From Geosiphon pyriformis uo1 (Eukaryota > Fungi > Glomeromycota): DNA of 64,000 bases. Below, one piece after another: positions 25,419 through 37,138 of this stretch (the first letter of the stretch is position 1; each line of letters opens with the position of its first letter). Location of the stretch: contig JAAOMT010000375.1 of NCBI GenBank assembly GCA_016748015.1, positions 243,156-307,155 of the forward strand, in the 5' to 3' direction. Both the position numbers and the translations under genes were made by a program. A model generated the notes under the pieces. That model saw only the letters and a list, made by a program, of their open reading frames with translations, was not told where the DNA came from and did no database searches.

Positions 25419-26502
25419 ATAGCTAAGACATTGTAAAGTTCAAAGAGCATTACATTAAATTTGAAATTTCTGTTTTGCATGGTAAATGCTATTTTTTTTT
25501 TGTTTTTGGGATCTATTTCGATTTGTTAATATCTACTGATTAAGTTTAAGAAAAAGAATTATTTTTTATTTCTTAAGTTATCTAAAATTTTCTAAATAAG
25601 AGAGATTAGGTAGCTATCTTTTTAAATAATGCTGTTAAGTTTTCAATAGTCTACACAAAACTGTATTTTTCTATTTTTTTTAGTGACCAATACTATTGAG
25701 GAAAACTAAAAGCTTAATAATTTTTTGATTAATCTGTTATTTAACATTGTTACAGTTCAAGAATTTAATAAAAATTATAAATAATATAAATTAGCCAATC
25801 ATAAAATAGCACAGTGTTATGGTTTAAGAATTTAGCAAAAAGAATCATAAAAATAATACAAACTATTCAATCATAATATAGCACAGTAATAATCTTAAAA
25901 AGGTAATGATTAACATAGTAGCAAACACCATCTCGCGATAGTGGCAAGCACCAGTTCACAATAGCAGCAAACACCAGGTTGAAATATTAAAAAGAAAGTA
26001 TTACAATGTGTTTTCTCATAGAACTACAAACATGTATATATACAGTAGTTTTAATATTGGGAAATAATCAATCAAGTAATAAAAATCATAACTTATCAAG
26101 CAATAGNNNNNNNNNNNNNNNNNNNNNNNNNNNNNNNNNNNNNNNNNNNNNNNNNNNNNNNNNNNNNNNNNNNNNNNNNNATAGCCTCAGAGAAGACCCC
26201 AAACAGTGGGTAGATTTCAGTTCAGCCTTTGAAAAGGAGTACATAAACACACACAACAATTAAGAATTAAAGAATAACTTACATCGCAACAGTAAAAAAA
26301 AGCCTTCAGTGTAACAGTGACATTATCACACAAATAGAATTGAGGAACTCACAAAAGACTGATTGCAATTAAAACGGGATATCAGCAATTAAATATAACA
26401 AGAAAACCATTCCATAACATTTGGTGAACCCTATGAAAAAAGAAAATCAAAAAAGAAAATAATAATTAGCAATAATTCATTGCTAAAAAGGAAAAGACAA
26501 AA

Positions 26503-29500
26503 GTGGTAACAAAAACCCCTAATCTTACTGTTCTTGAATTCTGCCATGCTATTTACACACAAAATCAAAGTGATCTTGGATTAACAGAAGGGTGTTGTCC
26601 AGCAGAATCTGTCCTCACTTATTATATCAATGCCAGAATAAATTATCATATAGAAAAGGAAGAAGAACCACACGACGCAAAACTTGGATTGTATAGAGAA
26701 TTATCACAATACACTACAAAAAAAGTAGCAGTAATAGCCACAACTATTGTCAAAATCCATTGAGAAATTGAGCAATACACCAACAAAAATTTTCCAATAT
26801 CCACAGGAAACACTAGGAAACATGCCAACAAAACCAAAGAAAATTTAGAAACTAATCAGAAAAGTAACCAGCAAAAACTAGGAACACCAGCTCAAACGCC
26901 AAAGAAAACTGTCACTCAATCAATAAAAAAACAACGTATTTATTCACCAGAAGATAAATCATACCATTTTTCACCAGAAAATAAGATACAAATTCTATTA
27001 GGAGCTGCATCATTATCAACATCAACTCCACAAATGCCAAGAACTCCTAGTTATACTGATAAAATTAAACAACGTAACTGGGGAGACATACCAATTACAG
27101 AAGGATATTCATCATTATTCCAAAACCCTCTTTTTCAGCCAAAATTTAGAACGGGTTTAAAAACCGTGAAGAGGAGTCTGAATTGGAATCCAAAAAAGAG
27201 ACCAGCAAAAAAACAATCACAAGACCAGTTACTGGAACAAGCAGCCAGTTCAAAAACCAAGAAACTTGTGATCAAGAGGAAGAACTGGATATAAAAGAAG
27301 CCACCTTTAGAAACGCTCAAGGAAATATTATCTCACCTCCTCTTAGACCAATAAACTCACCAGCAGAAAATGGCAACAAAATGACCACACCATACATTGC
27401 AAGACTAACAGATTTCTTAGAAGAGGAAGAAGAAACGGACATGCACACATGGCTCAGAGAAACACAAAAAGCCATCCAGGCAAATAACTGGAACGACCAA
27501 AGAGCAATTCAAATATTACCTTTCTTCCTGAAAGGCACAGCCAACTCGTGATATCAAAGCCTGGAAACAAAACCCACGAGCTTTGCCGAATTTAAAAATG
27601 CACTTCTGAAATATTTTAGCGACCCAAACGCCGTAATCCAACTACAGAATGAATTCAATACTATCAAGCAAAATACTGGTAAAACTGTCACCCAATACCT
27701 TGCTCGATTCAATCGAATTCGCCGTTAGATTGAAGTGATTGAACAAGAATACTATACTGATTCTTAGGTTTTAAATCAGTTTATTAGAGAATTAAAAAGC
27801 AGCATTTTAGGAAGAGTACGCCCTGCCCACCCTAATTCCTTACCAGAAGCCGTTACGCTCACCAGAGTCCTTGAATCGGCTAAGAAAGAAGCTAATCATA
27901 GTCAAATGGTTAACATGGTAATGGAAAAAAATAAGACAGAAACATTAAAAAAAAGAGTAACACAATTAGGAGAGGAACTCTCTAAGAAAATAAAAAGTTA
28001 CCTCATCCCAGATCTGAGAAAAAATACATACCAACCACTCCAAAGACGCAGCCAGGAAGTCAGTAACAGTCGAAATAATTGCTCGTTGTGTCAGAAATTC
28101 AGAACAGAAACGCGTGCCTGCCATTTTTGCAAATGTGTAGGACATTTGATTAGTCAATGTCGAATGCAAATGATGCAAAAAGCATGCAAAAATAATTACT
28201 ACGCGCCACTCCAAATGCCCAGAAACCAGTACATGCCAATACCATGCCAATATCCCACCATATATCAAAATCAAGGAGCTTATCAGCAACAGTCCATGAT
28301 AGCCAACCCAAATTGGCATCCCGAGGCCTGAAATCAGTCCATGTAGAACCAGAATGTGTTGGTCCAGAGGAATTCAAACTGCACTGGAACCAATCAGCAA
28401 ACCAATCCAAACTACCAAAATTATCAACAAACTTACCTTAATATACCAGAAAACCTGATTATCGGAAACAATAATGGTAAAAACATAAACAGAACCAAGA
28501 ATTCCTCCAAATTGAGCCAGACAATACCATTAGCAATTGCCACCAAAGATAGCAGCCTTACAGCTATTTTTCCTTTTGAATTAGAGGAAAACGAGGCTAT
28601 GTTCAGTAGAGCAGCATTGGACAAAAAATGCCCAATCACTGCTATATATACAGAAGCCACTGTAAACAATACCCCAATTAAACTTATCTTAGACAGCGGA
28701 TCCGCTAGAAGCATTGTAACACTTCAACTAGTAAACCAACTGGGTTTCAAAGTTGATTGTGCCACAACGTCCCAAATCATAACAGCCGATGGAAGTACAA
28801 AGCTGCCTCATGGCAAAATCGACTCATTTCCTTTCAAAATTAATGACATAGTAATACTTACAAAAGTATTAGTAATGAACGCTACACAATATCAAGTGTT
28901 AGTAGGGAATAACTGGCTAACAAAAGCCAATGCCACTCTAGACTGGACCACCCAAGAGCTTCTGATCAATTATAATGGCCACCAGGCCAAAATTCCAGCC
29001 ACTTGTGGCCACTTCCAAAAACTCAGCACCAACCAAAGACCTACCTTCGAATTTGAGGAAAATCCAGCACTACCAGCCATCAAAATCTATTAGCTCTCTT
29101 GGGCTGATGACCAAAGAACAGGACTACCAGCCATACCAATGTGGACCAGCAAAGAAAGATCCGAATGGAACCAGGTAAGTTCACAAAGAAACCACCAGTG
29201 ACGCAAACCAAAGCTAGAATGCTCAGTTTGCAAAAAGAAACTCTCGTCTATGACTGCGTGCAGCACACCAGATGAAGACCCAAGAAACCCCACCCACTAC
29301 TATTGTAACCGTTGTAACAAAAAAAAATACAGTTACCCAGAAAGACACAGAAAATGAGACGAGGAACCGTGCCTTGCTTGTGGAGAACCATTACCAAGAG
29401 GGTGCGACTGGAATGACATACCAGACAGAGAAAGAACGTGTGATACAACTTGCCAATACATGATCCTTATCTGTGACTGAGTAAGAGGAGGAACGCCGTT

Positions 29501-32209
29501 CGAAGCAGCGTTCAACAGAGCATTAAAAAGACTACAGCACTACCCACACGACAAAGACGAACTGTACAATACCGCACAAGCCAAAGTAAGAGGAGGAACC
29601 ACCGAAGAAATACGACGTTGGAAAGAGTCAGCCGAAGTAGCCAATGAAGTCACCAGCTACAACATGTTTGACCCAGTGGACGAATTCCAGGACTACTACC
29701 AACAACTATGTCCCACTCGACAAGAGCAAGAACAATACTTCGCCCAAATCAACACTTACCTTTGCGAAAACTGTCTCATCCTGTGCCAAAATTAGTGCTG
29801 TGAAGAGTATCAAGACGAAAGAGACTTAGAAAAAAAAATGGAAATTGAGAATCAGCAGTCTTAAAATCAATCAATAAATCAATAAGACTCACTTGACAGT
29901 CCCGAGTCAGAAAAATTTGTAGCCTATACCAACCTAGAACAGGTGACCGACATCCAATACTTTGACAACGGGCACTTAAGAATAATACCCGAAAGAGCCT
30001 ATCCAACCAACGCCAGATTCGATCTACATTATCCGAAAGACCAATCCACAACGTTACCACCCAGGAGCATCACCAAAATTGACCTAAAAATAGTGGTTAA
30101 AATTTTGTCAGGAATAATGGTTCAAATGGCGTCATGATCAAGCCTTGCAAAAAAAGGAATAAGCATTTAAGAAGGAGTAATTGACTCTGAATACACTGGA
30201 AATTTAATGGTTTTGCTACAGAACAATTCAGAAAAGCCTTATACCATTGAATCTAAGAAAAAGATTGCACAAGCAATTTTCCTACCATTGGTAAAAATTG
30301 GGAAATTTGTGCCAGTGAAAAATCGTGAGAAATTGTCACAAACAATGAGAGGAACTTTTGGTTTCAGATCGACAGAAAAATGAATTGAAGTGAATTTCAC
30401 TAAAACAATAAAGGAAAAAGGTGAAGTAATTAAAAATGAGTGGTTCATCACACTCCTACCATATGGAAAATCAGAAATAAGAATAAAAAGAACAATTAAA
30501 GAAAAAGACCTAATATTTGAGCCCTATCCAGAAACTTGCCAACAGTTTCTCATAGGACTTACTAACCTTTTTATTCCAGCTAATAAAGCTCAATGGATAA
30601 AAATTTCTATCGCAAACACCACAGAAGAACCTGTCTACATTCTGGAAGATACATTATTGGATACCTCAGAACGGAGCTAGAAAACGTGTCAACACCACAA
30701 GAAATTCTAAATTTCCCAGAAATCGCCCTCTACTGTGAACTCACTTCAATAAATTGGCAACAACTGTTAGAATGCTATCAATTTACACCAGAAGAATTGG
30801 CCAAATTAAACATTGGAACAATGGATCCTGACCAACAGTGACAATTAAAAGCATTAATTTTAAAATACTCTGATATATTTTCAAGAAATGGCAAATTTGG
30901 AAGAACCAACTTGGTTCAACACCAAATCTCCACTGGAGATGCCAGATCTGAAAAACAATGCACTTACCGTGTCCCACCAATGGAGCATAATTTTATCAGA
31001 GAAGAAGTCCAAAACATGTTGGAAAAAGGAATAATACAACTATCAATGAGCCCATGGTCCTCACCAGTTGTTTTAGTAAAGAAAAAGAACGGAAAAATTA
31101 GATTTTGCGTCAACTATTGCAAACTAAACAGCAAAACAACCAAAGACTCATACCCAATACTGTTAATTGACGAAATTTTCGATGTTTTTGGAGGAGCAAA
31201 ATGGTTTTCTACACTGGACTTAACCAATGAGTACTGGCAAGTGGAAATGGACCCAAAGGACAGGCATAAAACAGCATTCACAACACAAAATAGCAATTTT
31301 GAATTCAATATAATGTCATTTGGATTAACAAACACTCCCGCGACATTCCAAAGACTAATGGATGTAATTTACTCTGGAATTCTGTGACAATCCATTGTTG
31401 TCTACTTGGATGATACAAATGTTTTCTCATCAAAATTCACGGATTATCTCCAACATTTACAACAAGTTTTTGAGAGATTGAAACACGCTGGACTTAAACT
31501 AAATCTAGAAAAATGTTTCTTTGAGAAATATGAACTAGCATTTTTAGAACATGTAGTTAGAAAAGATGGAATAAAACCAGATCCATCAAAAATAGACAAA
31601 GTGAAAAATTTTCCAGTACCTCGAAACATTTCAGAAGTTAGAAGCTTTTTAAGACTCGCATCTTACTACCACTGCTTTGTAGAAAACTTTTCAAACATTG
31701 CCAAACCCCTTAGTTACCTACTATCTAAAAATGTGAAGTTTGAATGGACTGAAGCACAACAAAAAGCTTTTGAATACCTTAGACAAAAGCTCATTGAATC
31801 ACCAATAATGATCTATCCAAATTTCAACAAGAAATTCATTTTGGCCACAGATGCCTCTGAAACTGGACTTGGAGCCATTCTGTCACAAAAAAATGATAAT
31901 GGAAGAGAATATGTAATCGCTTATGCCAGCAGAAGTCTCAGTATGGCAGAACAAAACTATGCAGCACATGAACTTGAATGCTTAGCAGTAGTCTGGAGTT
32001 GTGTTTATTTTGACACATATTTTTGGTACCAATCCTTTGAGATTACGACAGATCATAGAGGTCTGGTCTGGTTAAATAACAAGAAAGCACTAAAAAAAAA
32101 ATACGCCAAATGGTCACAAATGTTAACACCATACGATTATATTATCAAATACAAAGAAGGTACCAAAAATGCTAATGCCAACTGTTTGTCAAGAATGAGA
32201 CACACATAA
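26503..32209 (+). pseudogene. Element G ORF1 polyprotein (extension-Gag with CCHC knuckle-protease-Cys domain-dUTPase-RT-RNase H)
   Basis: CHFCKCVGHLISQC knuckle, LILDSGS protease, PERAYPTNARFDL / IAQAIF dUTPase, VVYLDDT RT, TDASETGLGAIL / ELECLAV / TTDH RNase H; ends NANCLSRMRHT*. Confidence 0.93.
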
Positions 32210-32238
32210 AAATCACCAACCCACCCGCCACAACAACA

Positions 32239-33618
32239 ATGAACAACCACCTTTACAAAAATCTCAGCCAATACTTGGAAACACTACAAATAGATGAAGA
32301 AATGCCAGTAAAAGAGCTAATTAAGCTCCAAAAATTAGCAAAACACTATTTCATTCAAAATCACATACTTTATTACCAGAATTGACAAAATCCAGATAAT
32401 CCATTAAGAGTTATAACCACAGATGAAAAAGAAACTATCTTATTTAACATGCACTCAGATATTCATTCAGGCCACTTTGGAAAAACAGCAACCATCCAAT
32501 GTGCAACTAGCCATTACTATTGGCCAAAAATAAGTTCAGACATAATCCAATACATAAAAAATTGTGACCCATGCCAACAAAGAGGAGGAGCAAAAACAAC
32601 GGAATTATTAAGACCAATAAAAGTTGGACAGCCATTTGACAGAATCGGAATTGATTTAGTTGGACCCTTACCAATAACAACAAGAAACAACCATTATATT
32701 GCAGTAGCCATGGACTATCTTACCAAATGGCCAGAAGCTAGAGCTATTAAAACAGCTGATGCTATTTCCGTAGCTCAATTCGTACATAAAGACTTAATTT
32801 GCCAACATAAATATCCACAAGAATTGCTATCAGATCAAGGCACACACTTCGTAAACAGCACCTTAAAAGAACTTAGCCAAAAATTTGGAATCAAGCAACT
32901 ACTGTCATCATCATACCACCCTCAAACAAATAGATTAGTTAAAAGATTTAATCACACATTATGCAAATCACTGGCGAAAATTAGTAATGAACATGAAAAA
33001 GAATGGGATTTGTTCATACCAGCAGTACTACTAGCATATAGAACAATAAAACAAGATACTACACAATTTACACTGTTTGAACTAGTTTATGGAAGAAAAG
33101 CCACATTACCAGTTAAACTTACTATTCCAACTTATCCAAATGACACTATCACAGAAGCAACATTCCAGGAAACACTACTTAGAAGAACATACGAATTAAT
33201 GGGAACTTTAGAAAACAAAAAAAGAAAAGCAGCACAAAATATTAAACAATCACAAGAACAACAAAAAGTGAGACATGATAACCAGTTATCAGATAATATA
33301 ATTAGCTACAAAATTGGAGATAAAATATTGTTGCATTGTACAAAAATGGAAAAACAGTGGAGTGGAAAATTTGATCACAAGTGGGATGGATCATTTTATA
33401 TTCACGAAATACTTGGAAATGGAGCATACAAGCTAAGACTAGATGATAAAATATTAAGAAAAGCAGCACATGGTAACCGGCTAAAATTCTATTACAGTAA
33501 ACCAGTAATAACAACAAAAACACCCAGAATTGGAACACAATTACCTTTAATTCTACCAGAACAAATTCCACGAGATTTAGAACCAATAGTTTTAATTGAA
33601 CATTATTCGAAAAGATAA
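32239..33618 (+). pseudogene. Element G integrase (stand-alone ORF2, one internal stop at ~32383)
   Basis: ATG 32239 MNNHLYKNLSQYL in frame with the 389-aa ORF; HSDIHSGH..CDPCQ, GIDLVGP, SDQG, KWDGSF (GPF/Y-like). Confidence 0.92.
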
Positions 33619-33660
33619 TTAATCTTAGATCACAGCAAAAATGATTTAACAACCATAAAA

Positions 33661-34106
33661 ATGCATGCAAAAGATTCCAAAATAGCAGTCAAAATTAAAA
33701 CAATGATACTTATTCCAGAAAACATCAACAATATAACTCAACAATNNNNNNNNNNNNNNNNNNNNNNNNNNNNNNNNNNNNNNNNNNNNNNNNNNNNNNN
33801 NNNNNNNNNNNNNNNNNNNNNNNNNNNNNNNNNNNNNNNNNNNNNNNNNNNNNNNNNNNNNNNNNNNNNNNNNNNNNNNNNNNNNNNNNNNNNNNNNNNN
33901 NNNNNNNNNNNNNNNNNNNNNNNNNNNNNNNNNNNNNNNNNNNNNNNNNNACCATGAACATAATAACAACCAACAGTATTGGACGACTTACCAACTCGCA
34001 ATTTTAAGAATTACAACAACAAATTAATAACACAGTATTGAACCACTATAGTAACTTAGAATTTAATGAAGAAATTAACTTCGATTTCAACAGAGCTCAA
34101 TCTTGA
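33661..34106 (+). pseudogene. Element G ORF3 (middle lost in N gap)
   Basis: N-terminal MILIPENINNITQQ and C-terminal IITTNSIGRLTNSQF*ELQQQI...FDFNRAQS* align to E ORF3. Confidence 0.7.
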
Positions 34107-37100
34107 AAGGAGGGGATAATGTTATGGTTTAAGAATTTAGCAAAAAGAATTATAAAAATAATACAAACTATTCAATCATAATATAGCACAGTAATAATCT
34201 TAGAAATATAATGATTAACATAGTAGCAAACACCATCTTGCAATAGTGGCAAGCACCAGTTTACAATAGCAGCCAACACCAACTGGTAATAGCAGCAAAC
34301 ACCAGGTTGAAATATTAAAAAGAAAGTATTACAATGTGTTTTCTTGTAGAACTACAAACATGTATATATACAGTAGTTTTAATATTGGGAAATAATCAAT
34401 CAAGTAATAAAAATCATAACTTATCAAGCAATAGATCCAATTTTATCCAACAAACTCTACTTTAAAATCATACTTTCAAATTAAATATCCCAAAAAACCT
34501 TTAAAATCAAAAAGAAATGAAAAAGAATATTTAAAACTGAACTATCACAACCCAAAGTATTAAGAAACTTACTTGTATTATTTATTGAATGAAACTATCA
34601 TTCATCAACTGAATTCTTTGGAAGAATAATCCTTGATCAAGATTATTCACATTGTTACTAATTGATAAAAGCTTTATTGTAAGAATTAGAAAAGCACTAA
34701 AGACCATTAACATTCTGTGTTTCTAGATTAGAAAAACACATCAGGCAATTACAAGGATAGCCTCAGAGAAGATCCCAAACAGTGGGTAGATTTCAGTTCA
34801 GCCTTTGAAAAGGAGTACATAAACACACACAACAATCAAGAATTGAAGAATAACTTACATCACAACAGTAAAAAAAAAGCCTTTAGTGTAACAGTAACAT
34901 TATCACACAAATAGAATTGAGAAACTCATGAAAGACTGATTGCAATTAAAATGGGATATCAGCAATTAAATATAACAAGAAAACCATCCCATAACAACAG
35001 CAACAATTTATAAAAAAAAATGATTTACAAATAACAGCAAGCACTATTTTACAATAGCAGCAAGCACTATTATGCAATAGCAGCAAGCATTATTTAGAAA
35101 TAATGGAAATAGAGTATTACAAGACATTATTTTGTAAAACAATAATTATATATATATACAATAGTTTTTAATAATAAAAAAAAACAGCTTCAACTTGAAG
35201 CAACAAATATCTAAATAAAATCTTATTCAAAAAGAATTAATAAAAAAATAATAAATTGAATAAACATTACAATTACAAGATTAACAATAGAATTTACATA
35301 CCCTCTTTAGTGAATGAAACTATTATTCCATCTTTAAACCCTTTAGAAGAATAATCTCTGATCAAGATTATTCACATGGTTACTAATTAAATTGAAAAAG
35401 CTTTATTATATACTTAAGAAAATTGCAAAAAGGCCATTAACATTCTGTGTTTCTAGATTAGAGAAACACATTAGACAATTGTAAGGAAAGCCTTAGAGAA
35501 GACCCCAAACAGTGGGTAGATTTCAAATTAGCCTCTGGAAAGAAGTACACAACATATAAAGACAACTAGAATTAAAAAGAAGATTTACATCACAATATCA
35601 AGAGAAAATCTTCAGTAGATTATTATTAATATTTAACACATAAAAATTGAGGAACTCACAAGAGACTAATTGCAATTAAAATAGGAGATCAACAATTAAA
35701 ATATACCAAGAAAACACTCCTATAACAACATCTATTGTACTTTCTGTTTAATCAGATTGTTATCTGCTGAAGTTACTCAATAAGTCTATTGTTTAATAGA
35801 TTTGGTATCTTCCATGTTGATTTAACGTTTTATAATATCAGTGCATCCAAATTCGTTTTTATTGACAAAAATATTAGCATATTGGTTTAAGAGAACTTTA
35901 AATTACATTTGTTGTAAAGTACTTAAGTTTTTCTGGTATAATTTAGTAATTTTTTTTGGTGTAAACAGGTAGTTTTCTTTTAGCAAGCTCTATATTTATA
36001 AGATAATATCACAAAATAAAAACAATTGTGCAAAGTTTAGAATAAGCTGGAGTTTTTTAAGATTTTGAATGTTTGGAAAAATAAAACCAACAAAAATCTT
36101 TTTGGAAATCTTAATAATTTTTTCAATAAGATTGTAGATAAGAATTTTAAAGTGTTTATAAGTTTTGACAAATATATATAGATTAATAACATTAGCTAGA
36201 GAACAAATTTCTAGATTAGCTTTGAATAATAAAGCTTGATTCTAAATTTTTTGATCTACTTTTAAAATATACTGTTAATATAAAAGAATAGAAATGATTA
36301 TATCAATATAGATAAGTTCTATCTTATCACTATTAGTTTCTACAAAATTAACTGGTATATTTTTTTTTTTACTTAATCTAAACTTTTTAATTTCTTGAGC
36401 AGTAAAGCTTAATTTTTTACATGTAATAATTGAGGTTAATTGTGGTATTTTTATAAAAGGCAAAAAAATAGCTTGGACAATTTTTCTTGTAATTTAATTA
36501 TATAAGATTTATTAAAATTGTTTTATAATATTATAATAATATTTTCATATATTTTGCATTAATAATTCCTTTTTTTACATCAATTTTTTTTTTTGCAAAA
36601 CTAGACTAGAATGCAATTTGGACTTTAGTGCTAACAGAAATTTTTAAAGCTATTTTGAGATTTATTTTTACAAAAAAATAGAGTGCTATAACTATAGAAG
36701 ATTGTTTAGAGTATTTTAAATTAAATTCAGCATTATTTTTATGTGCTTTTTTAGAACATATTTTTTTATTGTCATTACTATACTATTTTAATTCCAATTT
36801 CTTAAAGAGATCAGAATAGATAAGATATTGTTTTATTTTGGTAGCTTTACTTGGTTTTTAAAATAACATGTTTTTAGCTATGAGCTCATATTTTTCTTTG
36901 TATTTTAGTAGTTTAAGAATAGGATATATTGTTTTTAAGAGTGGATTAAACAAGAGATTACATTTATCACAATACTAAAAATGACAAGAAATCAAGTAAT
37001 AATCACACAATTTTGTATTAAAGTCCACTAATTTCTGTTTTTGTTTTTTTTAGATAAAAACAAGTTTTTAATATTGGTCTTAAAATGCCTTAAAATTATT

Positions 37101-37138
37101 TATAAATAGGTTATCTATTTTTTTGATGATTACTAAAA

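Larger units (their letters stand above)
25815..34996 (+). mobile_element. Full-length Ty3/Gypsy element G, TSD ACAG (two assembly gaps)
   Basis: LTRs 25815-26419 (gapped) and 34120-34996; ACAG at 25811-25814 and 34997-35000; PBS TGGTGAACCC.. at 26422; PPT GAAAGGAGGGGATAA 34105-34119. Confidence 0.96.
25748..35727 (+). mobile_element. Solo LTR F (25748-25814 plus 34997-35727), TSD ACAT, split by element G
   Basis: TGTTACA start, TATAACA end, ACAT at 25744-25747 and 35728-35731; sequence is a diverged relative of G's LTR. Confidence 0.88.

Noticed and set aside
27150-27168. G GGT TTA AAA AC looks like a -1 ribosomal frameshift site in element G
   Set aside because: The equivalent region is in frame in A and E; a single-base deletion in this copy explains it.
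33300-33618. Chromodomain or Env at the 3' end of the elements
   Set aside because: Integrase ends shortly after the GPF/Y-like region with no chromodomain aromatic pattern; ORF3 has no signal peptide or transmembrane segment.
33725-34001. ORFs spanning the N runs (also 26006-26263)
   Set aside because: Artefacts of assembly gaps; the short 5' LTR of G is also due to the gap.
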